In this document: positions 48,863-60,880 of the stretch, one piece after another
How positions within the stretch are numbered: position 1 is the stretch's first letter
How the letters are laid out: each line of letters opens with the position of its first letter
NCBI GenBank assembly: GCA_977020255.1
Contig: CDROCS010000384.1
Span: 62,001-126,000 of the forward strand
Length of the DNA stretch: 64,000 nucleotides
Direction of reading: 5' to 3'
Origin: Obrimoposthia wandeli
Lineage: Eukaryota
The notes under the pieces: model-generated
Database searches by the model: none
What the model was told of the DNA's origin: nothing
Seen by the model: the letters and a program-made list of their open reading frames with translations, nothing else
Position numbers and translations under genes: made by a program

Positions 48863-51147
48863 TGTGATTTTACTTCTGATTTCAAAGAGGAAACAAAACA
48901 ATACTTAGTAAATGTTTTATTACAGACGTTCACAAACAATGTACTAATCGTCTGGGTCAACTTGAAACCATCTAATTTCAATGCAAAGTAATTCTTGGAT
49001 GCTATTCCATTGTAAATTTATCTTCAGTTGATCTTGAGTTTTCTGACACTACACTTTTCTTTATGATGCTCCAAAGAGCGTTATCAGATGACCCTCAATA
49101 AATTGGGTTATTGATGTAGCATCCCAGACTATGAGGCTGGCTGAGTGCCGAACGATATAGTCACAAAAAAGGGAATTTCTGTACTTCACCAGATAAAGTT
49201 ACGAGTCTTAACATATGCATATATAGCTCACTCAAAGAGAAACATTAGGTTACGGTATGTATCAAGCATTATTTAGGGACGGTGGTTTATATGTACCAAA
49301 AACCTATATCATAAGCTTAGGGTCCTTAAAGGATTAATGAAATCCGTGCAACATCTTTTTTGATTGCTTTGATAATCGAAAAACCATCTTTGAACAAAAG
49401 CTGGTTCACAAGACTCCAGTTCTACATATTCTCCACGTAATGTGATAAGTAGTAGTCTACGAGATATTTAATTCATTTGACCCATGCCTAATTGATGAGC
49501 ATGGCTCTGCATATCTCGTGAGATACCAGCTTTTGACACCATATATTACATCTCATCTCTCTCATCTACATTGCTGCTTATTTTTTGGGGTAAAACATTC
49601 TATGAAAGATAATGCTGTTGATAATCAGCTAACTCGCCTTTGTGATTAAAGTAACACCACAATTAATTTGCTCTAAGACAATGACAATGAAGAGTGAATT
49701 TAAACAATATATCATGCATTTTCTCACCCAAAATTCTGTATATATTAATGTTGTAAAAACATTAAAAAAACATTTGCCTAGTCAGGAAACCAACCTTTGT
49801 AATTTATATTCTAAACTGCAGGAGTCAGCAACTTGATGTTTCTGCTACCAATGTGACCTTTCTCTGTAAAGGCGTCAGTACACAATAAACAAAACAAATA
49901 TAACTTTTTTATAATGTACCTTTATCCACAATTGAACTTAAATCAAATGTTGAAAACATACAACTGAGCGCGAGCACAGTGGTGGGTGCTGCATGGGGAG
50001 ATTATTCAAGTTGCTGTCCAAAGTTTTAGTGTTTGTCACAAAAAATAAATATTTAGTAACAAACGTCGAAATTTATAAAAGAATCGTTGAACCTAAATGT
50101 TAGAAATATTATTATGTGATACGTAGTAGGAAATGTTTCTTCCCTTTCATTTATTAAGCTCGTTATGAAGAGCTTTTCTGTTCTTGCATTAATGAATGCT
50201 TTTCTGAATGCTTTTGAAGAGCTTTTCTGTTCTTGCATTCATTAGTAGACGTTCTGGTGCGTATATATGTAGTTGTAAACTCCTGTAACCTTGTATTTTG
50301 TTAATATTTCGCAAAGGGTTTCAATTTATTGCTTTTCCGAAAATAATGGTCAGAAAGTCTACAAATTATTAACCCGACAGCAGTATCAAAATCATAAATA
50401 CGGCAAATGCACCCATGGATCGTGGCATTGGTCACTGACATCTGAATATAACTTCTGTAGTTGGTGAAGCCAAGAAACATGCTCAATTATTTATTAAAAT
50501 ACTTTAAAAGATTCATAGCCTAAAAGTTTTCTAGAACACTGAAGAGTTCTAGTTCAGGAATAATAAATAAAAATACATATATAAATTAAACAATAATGAA
50601 TTTCAAATTTCGATATACATATACCCTCTTTTAGCGATTAAAGCAGTGGTTTACGCAAATTAAAATTGTTGGGGTTTCTATACGAAACTTGGTATAGATC
50701 CTCTTGAGTGCGGAGGGCCCCAACGTGAGTTCGATTAGAAGCAGGTCTTAAAGTTGGTCGTGGCCTACTTAGTGTTATGGTTGCCTATCTCTTGTTCTAT
50801 CTGAAGGTATTTGATTAGATGTCTCTTAGTCTGAAGGGTGTAAAAACAACTTGTTCTAATGTAGGAAATTGTTTATTTGTAATTCACGTAACTAACACAA
50901 CAATACGTTTATGTACGTATTTCTAAAAAGTATGATAAAATTCCTAAAGGACTTCTGTAAGTCTCTACAAGAAGTGGGGATGAACCACGTATCGATTTTA
51001 CGTTCAGGTGATTAAGCTTTTAGGTTTGTTCTTCTTACTTAGGTTGGTTAATCTATAACGCAACTCTCTTAAATTTCTTCGCTCCTACTTCTTATCTCTA
51101 GCTAAAGTTTCTTGGTTCCTTAACTCTATCTGTGTGTGTTTGACCCG

Positions 51148-51580
51148 AATTGTCTACTGTGAACAATGGGTCTCCTAAAAACCTAATTGTCAAGATGACA
51201 ATGAAAAACTTACTCCTAATTGTCAACTATGGACAATGAACGAACCGAATTGTCAGCTAGGGACAATGAGTCTTACCGAATTGTCTACTAGGGACAATGA
51301 GTATTTATCCGAATTGTCAACTAGGGACAATGAATGAACCTAATTGTCAGCTAGGGACAATGAATCTTACGGGTAAAAAGTCTGGGTATGATTCCTAATT
51401 GTCGCTGGGGACAATGAATAAATGTCAGATCTTAATTACCAACTAGGGGCAATGATTTTGTTAAAGAGTCGGAAATCCTAATTGCCAGCTAGGGGCAATG
51501 AATCTGTGTATTAGTTTAAAATTTAGAATTACCAACAAGGGGTAATGACAGTATCCTAATTGCCAACTAGGGGCAATGAA
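51148..51580. repeat. Array of 12 inverted-repeat units, ATTG(T/C)C-N5-7-G(A/G)CAAT, with variable spacers
   Basis: Stem starts at 51149, 51186, 51219, 51249, 51280, 51313, 51343, 51398, 51435, 51481, 51528 and 51559. Confidence 0.95.
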
Positions 51581-51705
51581 TAGTTTAGTTGGTGTTCTTA
51601 CCAGTTACTGCGACTAGTGGGACGTCTGATGCAGGATCCGTAGGTCTTTCGGAATCTTCTTCGAAGCAGAGATTATCCCTTGTGTGAGGTTTGAGTATAC
51701 GCTTG

Positions 51706-51989
51706 AATATACTTTGACTTGAAACTTTAATATACTTTGCCTTGAAACTTTAATATACTTTGACTTGAAACTTGAATATACTTTGACTTGAAACTTTAAT
51801 ATACTTTGACTTGAAACTTTAATATACTTTGACTTGAAACTTTAATATACTTTGACTTGAAACTTTAATATACTTTGACTTGAAACTTTAATATACTTTG
51901 ACTTGAAACTTTAATATACTTTGACTTGAAACTTTAATATACTTTGACTTGAAACTTTAATATACTTTGACTTGAATATACTTTGACTT
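51706..51989. repeat. 23-bp minisatellite, ~12.5 copies (AATATACTTTGACTTGAAACTTT)
   Basis: Near-perfect tandem units. Confidence 0.97.
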
Positions 51990-52889
51990 TTTGGACTTTC
52001 AATTAATTCAATTGATCTAAAAACAATTACTTTAACACTGACTAAAACCACCAAAAATTCACCTGTCGTTCTCCGCCCAGTTGATTACTCGTAGTCGATT
52101 TCGTTGTTGTTTCCTCTGTAGTTTACTCTGCCTTATATAGGGGCAGTTTTGTCAATCAATGACAGCTGAACTTATAGTTGCTGAGAACGGGGATCTGTCA
52201 CTCAATGGACAGCTGATTTCCAACGTTGGGAATAGTTTCTTGATTGATATCTTGACGTCTCTTGATTGACGTTTTTAATTACCTTCTTAATTTATTCTAA
52301 ATTGTCCTTTTTGGGTTAATTAATTTAACTTTTATACATTTTCGCATAATACACGACCTTCGTGGTCCTCCTAATTTTTACCCTAAATTCCACTAATTTT
52401 AATTCTAAAACTAAAATTAATATTTTAATTTAATTTTCAACCTTGCTTTCAAGGATTTTTATTTTAGTATTTAATCGACTAAAATATTTAATTTTCTTAA
52501 TTCTCAAACCTAACAAAATTATATTACTGAGAATATTACAGCGTAATGAGCATATACCTACAACATTTTTACAATTAGAGTTTAAAAATATGCTTACTTC
52601 AATTCTGTTTCAAAAAAGAGTTTCAGAAGTTTAAATAGCAAATTTTAACTACATTGAAGGAAAAATTAAATTGTTCTAGTTATGGGCTTCGCTCCAAAGT
52701 GCCATTAATATTCAAATGGTGTTTAAAAACTCTACTAATATATACTAGATTTTTTGAAGTATATGTGGACAATAGAAAGTAAAACGTGGTGACAGACGAA
52801 TCATAGATAACCACGTTTATTTACTTTTGTTTAGTTCATATTTTGTTGATGCTGGATTTTGCATATCCTATGCTATCATGTTCCAGTCT

Positions 52890-53400
52890 CAGAGATTCTT
52901 TAAAACATTGTTTGATATACCTTTAAACAATGCGTGGTAATTAGATTCTGGCATAGTTTTTGTATTATTTTATTTTTAAAATCCATAGAGTTAAATTGAA
53001 TTAAAAATAGCTCTATTATCTAATTAATCTATAATTATTATTTAAAAGTCCTTACTGTTTTCCATTTTTCTTACAGATACTTTTTGAATAGTAAAGTCTT
53101 CTGTTATTTCTTGTATTTTTCAAAATTGTTTCAATTTCTTTATTGATAGATTATTGTAAAGATTCGAAAGATGAAAGAATACATGTTTTTATTAAATGTA
53201 GGACCTCGAATTCAATTCTGAGATTGATCCGTATTCAAAGGAGCTTCATTAACTGTTCACTTGTACTAGCACTTTTCTTTAATTTGAATATCATTCCGGC
53301 GGTTTTGTTTAAATTATTTTGCAAGTGCTTTAATTGATAAGCTGAGATATTGAACAGACTTGATGTAGTCGTATGAGTTAGCATTATGAGTGATAATTAT
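52890..53400 (-). mobile_element. L2/CR1-type LINE 3' fragment
   Basis: LKHLQNNLNKTAGMIFKL...MKLL*IRINLRIEFEVL resembles the post-RT C-terminus. The 3' end shares sequence with ~59821. Confidence 0.6.
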
Positions 53401-53999
53401 TTATTTAGTTAAACTTATTTTTTGTGTAATACATTTTATAATTTATTAAAAATATTAAAAACATATTACTCATAAATAAACGTAGTAAATTTTATTAAAG
53501 AAATATTTAATAATGTAGACGTTTGTGGTCAGTTTCAATTTTGATGCGACAGGGATTATAATGAAATACGTTGTAAATTTACATACTCAAAGAGAAGAAT
53601 ATCGTGATAAGATTTGAGCTATGCCATTGTCAATAATCCTTCTATTTTTCTTTCTGGAGAGATTCCTTGTAATTTACATTAATTGCGCCATATTTATGCA
53701 ATTCAAATAGTACGTATTTTAATGATCTTCTGCTCAAATTTAGGCTAGAGCTCTTAGGTTTAAAAATGCTGAGAAAAAAAACTAAAATGAAAGTTAACTA
53801 ACAAATAAATCTAAATGATTAGTTTAATATATTTTTTTCAAATTGGGAATTTTACGCAATCTGTGAAAATCCACTTTTAGATAATGATGCAGAATCAGTA
53901 ATTTAAACATTTAGCTTTTTGTATAGACAAGGGATTAATCATTGAAAAATTGTTTCACTGTTTGAAGAAGTTGAAAATGATTACGGAGAACGGGAACTT

Positions 54000-54420
54000 G
54001 TGACTAATTAACTTGTACAAAAAGTTCCGTTCCAAGTCTAGAAAAATAAAGAAGCTCCATTGACAAATATGTATTCTCATAAAAGCCAAAATAATTATAT
54101 GATTTTCTCGAGTCTGGTGAAGTGAAGTGAGCATCTAAATGCATCTTAGGAGCAACGATGATGACTGTAGATTGGTTAGGAATCCTTAAATAACAAACAG
54201 AGTGATGGAATATTTGAAATTTATGCTCCGTATCTTTGCAACAATTTACTGATGAAATGTTTCGCACTTTCACAAACGGATTCAAATACTTAACCATTAA
54301 ATATCTTGGTACTCGGATTGAGTGTCGCTTAAGCGCAACTAAACAAATGCATGTTATTGAAAAATGGGAAATAAATGTTTTATTTTTATATATTGATTTG
54401 CATCTTCATAGTTATTGAAT
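54000..54420 (+). mobile_element. hAT (ZMYM1-like) transposase remnant
   Basis: LTIKYLGTRIECRLSATKQM resembles LK.LS.TRW..R..A.K. Confidence 0.4.
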
Positions 54421-55651
54421 AATATGTGGTATGTTTTTCTACAACTCCTTCGTCAACAATGAAAATAGCCACAATAACCCAATCACTATAATACATTATC
54501 TTTCTAATAAAACAATTGAAGAATTTTCAACATTATAACACTTTAAGAGATAATTTAGGGCTAGTGTAACTTTCAAAATGTATTATTTTTTCTTATTCAT
54601 CGTACTATCCAAACGTATCAGAAAATTTAATGTAATTCCTAAATTATTATATAAACTAAAATCTTTCGAACTACTTTTGTATATAATTTTAGATTGCTTC
54701 CTTTACTTTTTAAATTGGTCGGAAAAATGTGATGGATTATTGAACTTCAAGACTTATAAAGATACAAATAATATATTTTTTGCCATTTGTCACCCACATA
54801 GGAAAGCTGATTTGTTTGGGTTGCGAATGGTGATTTTCATGTATCTTAATGTGTTTCTAATTGGCACTATATATCAAAATAAAGATCAAAGAAAGAACAA
54901 GCAAGGTGATCTTTGTTTAAGTATTGTCAAATTTTCTGATGATAACCTAATCAAACGTTGGGTGACAAATTCGGTTCGAAATATTTAATCACATCATAAG
55001 AAATTGACGATTCAATTATCAGATTAAAAATATCTAGGTATACTGTGGTCGTGAGATTATGCCTCACGATAAGAATCGTATTTATAAGTCAAGTTACATA
55101 AATTTTAGTGTATAATCTTATGTTGCCGTTCAGTGTGTTTAGGCGAACTTATATATGTTTATGGTAAGAAATTGTACAGAAAATCAACAAATTTTATTTA
55201 AAGTTTTAAAAAATCAACCAAACCCGGTATTGTGTATTAAAAGTTCCTTATATGTTGCAATTCCCTCTCACTTATTCTAACTAAGCTTGCCTGAAATACT
55301 TTATTTAGAATAAGCATGGAAATGTGAGATAAATGTATATTCCCCACAAAGCTGAAGAGGGATTAATTTGCCAGATAAGCTTTTCATTTTGAGGATTCAC
55401 TTTTCCAGTGACTATTTCCGCAGTTTGTCACTGCAAAATGTCATGCCTAGAAGCTGTCATATCAGACGAAACCGAAGAGAAAAAAGAAATCTTGTTATGA
55501 AGAAAATAAAGTTTCAAGAAAAGTTTCTTTTTTTGACAATTTTCTCAGAAAATAGGAAATAAAATAGTTAGTTTAAGATTTATGCCTATATTTTTTCCAA
55601 GATCTGCTTTTTCTTTCCAAGGTTATTTCGTACTTTTGCCAATGTATAAAG

Positions 55652-56880
55652 CAGTGGTCTCAAACTCAAACCGATCTGAAAGCAGTAAATTTGCGTCACA
55701 CACTGCCAATTTTCAACCACTACTATATAGCATGATAACTACTCGGTAGATTACTTAAGAAATGATTTACTCCCAGTTACAGCTGGTGTAATTCGATTTC
55801 CAAAGACCAAAACAGATTCATATTAGATATTTTGAATACTTGTTAATTCTAAAAATATATTTTTTTCATCTGAGTTTAAAAAAGGTATTTATATGCAGCT
55901 GATTAGACAGTATTTAGGGCGGGTCTTAGGTCTGAAAGCTGAGACAGATAGTCTTATCAACATGAAAACTAGAATGAAAGATTTAAATCTCTGGACTATT
56001 GGGACTCCAAGGCATGGCAATGTAGCTGTGCTGTGACACCGTTGTTGAACTCATTGCTGAGCATAATCATAGGCTTCAGCAAAATATAGTGAAGTCTGGC
56101 GCGGCATCTTACAGGACAGATTTATCTTTAAGTTTAACGAAATGAATCTAAAACTGCATGGTGAAGACGAGACTCGTAATTAATTCCAAAGTTTTGGTAT
56201 GCAGAATCTGAGACTAGTCAAGTCAAATCTCAAGCGTAGAAACGTTTGCAACATTCCTCATTGGGACAGATATGTAGAATTGCAGGTGTTTAGTGCTCAT
56301 TTGGATATTTTGAGTTGAGCACGATAGGAAGAGCTGCTTTGCGGAAGTTCCTCAATGACAATCAACCCATTCATTGTATTGCGATCAACACTGATATAGA
56401 AGAAAAGCTATTTGACATATCTTGTGATCTTGAAATCCAGGCAATCTTTATCTAACAATTATCAACAATTTTCAATAAACAACGTTACACTGAGTTGGCT
56501 CTAGCGTTGTAGCTACTAATTGTGGCATTTCCGACATCATATTTGGATGAAAGAGGCTTTAGCACCGTTTCTCAGCTTGTAACAAACAACAGAACCGACT
56601 GCAAGTTTGAGAAAGCGGCAATCTTCGTATTCTACAGTCTGATATTCAGCCAAAATTTGCAGATTTGATTTCTAATCGCCAGGCGCATCCATCTCAAGAA
56701 CCCTTTATGTGATTTGAATGATATGTTGTCATGTGGGTTTGTGTGTGATACATCAAATTAATTATAATTATGTAATTCTTGAAACATATCGGGCTTATAA
56801 GAAAAATTGGTGAGCTTGAGCTTTCGTCAATATTTAATTTTTCAAGTGAACGTTGATATAAATAATTTAGAGAACCTCTG
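55652..56880 (+). mobile_element. hAT (Buster/Charlie-like) deletion derivative
   Basis: TIR-like ends CAGTGGTCTCAAACT and GAGAACCTCTG. Dimerisation domain LIVAFPTSYLDERGFSTV...IQP...QAHPS. The 8-bp flanks do not match. Confidence 0.75.
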
Positions 56881-57840
56881 ATGAAGAGCTTTAAAATGGC
56901 TTATGAAACTGAATTCATACAAAAAATTATTTGTTTGTACAATTAGCAGTTCCTTTTTTTACGAACAAAAAGATTTAGAGTTATCAAATGGTTGTCGAAA
57001 TCCCAGATCTTAAATTGACAGAACATATTTGGAAAGGAGCAACCAAAAAGTTTTAAATATATTCATTACAAAATATTTCAACTGTGAATGTGTAAATAGC
57101 AAACTGAATTCTATAGAAAAAGAAAACCAAGTAAAATAAGAACTGACAATATGTTTTTACCTCGTAAGTGAATACCTTCAACGAGGAATCTCTGAATATT
57201 AAAATAATATATTTTAATAATAAGTAAATATTTATAATATTTATCATTTTTATTTGAACTATAAGAACAAATTAATTTAATTTAAATGCTCTTACATAGT
57301 CAAAATTTCAAACTAAACTGAATTCGAAATATATTTTTTTACAATGATGCATATTAGACTAATAAATAAGTTTTCATTAAAATAAAACTAAAGTTAATAA
57401 TATTAATACCTTTGAATAGTTTATTAGTTCAAATTACTTTTTTGTACAATTTATTTATTTAACAAATATTATAAATTTTTAAATGATTTATTATATCTTT
57501 TAATTCAAATATATGTTTAACCCATTAAAAATCACATATTTTAAATAACTTAGACTAAACATTTGAAATATTACAAACTAAAACAAGACTTTTTATAAAT
57601 TTTTAGTACAGTTTTTCTCTTTTAATATATATATTACAATTATTACGTATAGATTTGTCGCCAATTTAATATTAATAACCGATCAAACAAATATGTATAA
57701 GATTCTAGGATCCAGCTCAGAATTATTCCCTTGTCAAAGGTATACAACAGGCTTCCCAAAACCTTTTCGTAGATTTAAAAATGAAAAGCTTCAATTCCAC
57801 TTAAAATTAAATTTATTGCTCAAATTACATCACATGAACA

Positions 57841-58488
57841 CAGTAGGTGGATATGTCTGTTCTAATCCACCCCACCCCACAGGGGCTACCACTGTCCTTT
57901 CAAACCGTGCATGTGTGTGGAGTGAAAATATATAAAATACATGACCTGAGGCGTGTATACACCTTTCAACTGCACAAATGCAGTTTACTGGCGGTGGATG
58001 ATACGGTGGTCAATGTGGGAAATAAAATTGGAAAATTAAGCGCATGGGATACTTGAATTCCGTCAAGAGCGAATTCGAGCAGGTTCCTGCGATTCCTGGC
58101 TTACCATTTAACTTCTGAATTCACCACTTAATCCGCACGTGTGCCGACCGTGCCATACCACTGCCACTAATTTCCTATATATGACTTTATGAATTATATA
58201 AAGTAACGTATACGTGTTTTATTTCTATCTCACCCCCCCTCCCTAACACCCAAAAAAATTAATTAATCCCATTTACCACCCTTTAAAATTAAAAATCTCA
58301 TAGTGCTCCCACAGAGAGAGGAAGTGCCTGAGAAGCCATATAAGGGCCAACGCGTGCTCTTAGGGCCCGCGGTGGCCCGAAAAACAATATAAATACAGGG
58401 TAAATACACACATGCACGGTTTTAAAGGACAGTGTTAGCCCCCAGAGGAGGGGGAGAGGTGGATTAGACCGGACATATCCACCTACTG
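57841..58488. mobile_element. 648-bp MITE with ~80-bp TIRs
   Basis: CAGTAGGTGGATATGTC...AAACCGTGCATGTGTGT is mirrored at ~58405-58488. AACA flanks both ends. Confidence 0.85.
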
Positions 58489-59789
58489 AACACTGATAAT
58501 TGAAGAGCCCTAGATAAAGAAGAAATAAATAAGAAATTACCGTATTAAACTCAAACGAGTAACAGGTATTTGACGATAGGAATGTTCATCTTTGATCAGA
58601 GAAAATATTCCTCTATAAACAACTTCTGATAATTCTGATAAATTTCCTAATACTATTTAAAACTTTTCAATTTAATTCACTGTGAAAAATTTAATTTGTT
58701 TGTTTTATACCTTTAACTGTGTTAAATTTATTGCTCGGGTTTGATTTCGTATAATAAATATTTAAACACAGGAAGGAAATTCGTAATAATTAAGTATGAT
58801 CAAAATTGAAGTATCCTTAAATAGTTGGTTCGGTGTATCGGTGAAGGCAGTAACCAGTCAACCAGAGAATCAAGTCACGAAAACCTAAATAATCGGTATC
58901 CCTATTCCATTTAATGATGTCTATTAAATTTGGACCGTTTCTGTTTTCAATTCTACAGTTAGCCTCGATATCAGATTGTAGAATTGAGTAATTAAAACAA
59001 GGTCTAGTTAATTTTAAATGGTGGATTTATTTTATTCCCCCAAATGCATCAAATTACCAACGACGTTTCTAACAAAGACAAGAAGATCTATCCAGAAAAG
59101 AGTGTTCAATAAGTAGATTGACAACTTCAGATAAATATAACTCAGAAAACTAATATTTTCATTAAGCTAACATTCACAATATATAGAGTACATAATATTA
59201 ATGGTCAAATTATTTTCCTTCGGGATAAATGTACCGGACAATGCGATGAATCCAATTGCACGTTTCATTAGATGTCATATTAAAAGTACTACAATTTCTG
59301 TTTTAGCATCTTTTACACGATCAGTAGACTTAAATTTAGAAAGATTACATTTATTGACGGGACTGCTTGGTAGTAGAGTTTTCAATTCTTTCTCCCATAG
59401 CACTTGAATCAGTGGTTGGTTGTAGAACTTGGTTCTAAAATAGCTTACACAATATTATTTATAAACCTTTTATTTCAATTTCCATTAATTTTTCCACTTT
59501 GTAGGAAGTAACCGATTTTTTATCGACTAACACTAATGATTGGGACTTGCTCGGTTTAGCAGCCGAATCCCTGAAATAATTTTGGAAAACTTTCAAACCG
59601 TAACTGGACTAGATGACCGATACACAAAATGAATGATATTATTGTAACCATTTAAACAATAGAAATAAAATGTGTTAATTGTGCTCAACTAACATGTGTT
59701 GCTATTTTCTAAATACACCTTATTCAATAACAATGAATTATTTAATAAAGTGCTAATATCTAAAAAATCTGTGATTTCACACTCAAATG

Positions 59790-60880
59790 TTTCTCATGTT
59801 TTCCATTATTCTTCGGGATATTTTCTGAATAGTAAAGTCTTCAGCTGCTTCCTGAATGTTTCAACATTGTTACAGTTTCTTATGTTTATCAGTAGATTGT
59901 TGTACATATTTGGATCAAAATGTCAAATATTTCATAACTATGTTTGTTAGGTGCGAATTTATTAACCGATCTACAGTCATCATCACTGATCCTCAGATGA
60001 ATATACATGTTCACCGCAATAGGCTCGAGAAGATCATATACATATTTAGAGCCTTTAATTCAATTCTCGCAGTGATCAGTGGCCAATGGAGCTCCATTAA
60101 ATGTTCACCTATAACTCTGACATATTTATATAAAATATTTTGTAATCGATTTAATCAATAAGTTAGAATATTTAATCGTAAAGAATTTTGTAAATCAAGT
60201 CTTGATCTAATAAATCGCATTTTTGAAGTGTATGTTCTGATCACATTATTAATTTGAAAATTAATTGTAATAATTTCAACGATGTCGCAACCAATGTTCT
60301 TTATTTTTCTGTTTTTTACTATTAACATTTTCAACGAAATGCATTAACATTTTTTAAAAGCTGTTTATTTTTGCTTAGAATCAAATAATATAGCTTCAGT
60401 TTTATTTTAATTCATTTTCAGTTGTTAAAATTCATCCATAAAGCTATTTTATCAATAATATTTTCCAATTCAGAAAATGTGATTCCATAGTCACTATATT
60501 CAAAACCAATAAAGAGCTGTGCGTCATCAACATAAAGGCGGATATGGATATTATATTTCTCAATAAACCATACAATTGATGAAGTCTATATCGTAAAAAT
60601 GATGGGACCAAGAATCGAACTCCAAGAAATACCGCATTTTAAGTATACAGAATCTGAGATAATGTCTTCAGTTGTAATATATTGTTTGCACAAAATTAAA
60701 TAACTTTCAAACCAATTCAGATATTTTCCATTGATTCCAATGTCCCAAATATTTTTTTAATGTTACAGATAGATCTAGAAGTATCACAAGTTCACATCTT
60801 TCTTTATTAAAAAATCTAAATATACAATTGCTTACTCTTAGAAATGCAATTTCAGTTGAATGATTACTTCTTTAAGCTGA
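59790..60880 (-). mobile_element. L2/CR1-type LINE RT pseudogene
   Basis: ILLDLS, CGISWSSILGPIIF, LYVDDAQLFI and terminal TFRKQLKTLLF motifs. Confidence 0.8.

Larger units (their letters stand above)
50667..52515 (+). mobile_element. Solo-LTR copy F (1849 bp) with two internal arrays
   Basis: Termini TGTTGGGG...AAACCTAACA. 4-bp TSD AAAT at 50663-50666 and 52516-52519. TATA-like TTATATAG at ~52133. Confidence 0.92.

Noticed and set aside
48980-49640. Coding-like minus-strand remnant, possibly MULE
   Set aside because: No motif was convincing enough to assign.
51148-51580. CRISPR array (palindromic repeats with unique spacers)
   Set aside because: The context is a eukaryotic LTR, no cas genes are present, and spacers are short and irregular. 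Reported instead as a hairpin array.
54578-54988. 136-aa AT-rich ORF
   Set aside because: No recognisable domain or splice context; composition is intron-like.
56860-56920. Hammerhead-like CTGATGA...GAAAC
   Set aside because: Stem II is imperfect and there are no pairing partners for stems I or III. It overlaps a hAT TIR.
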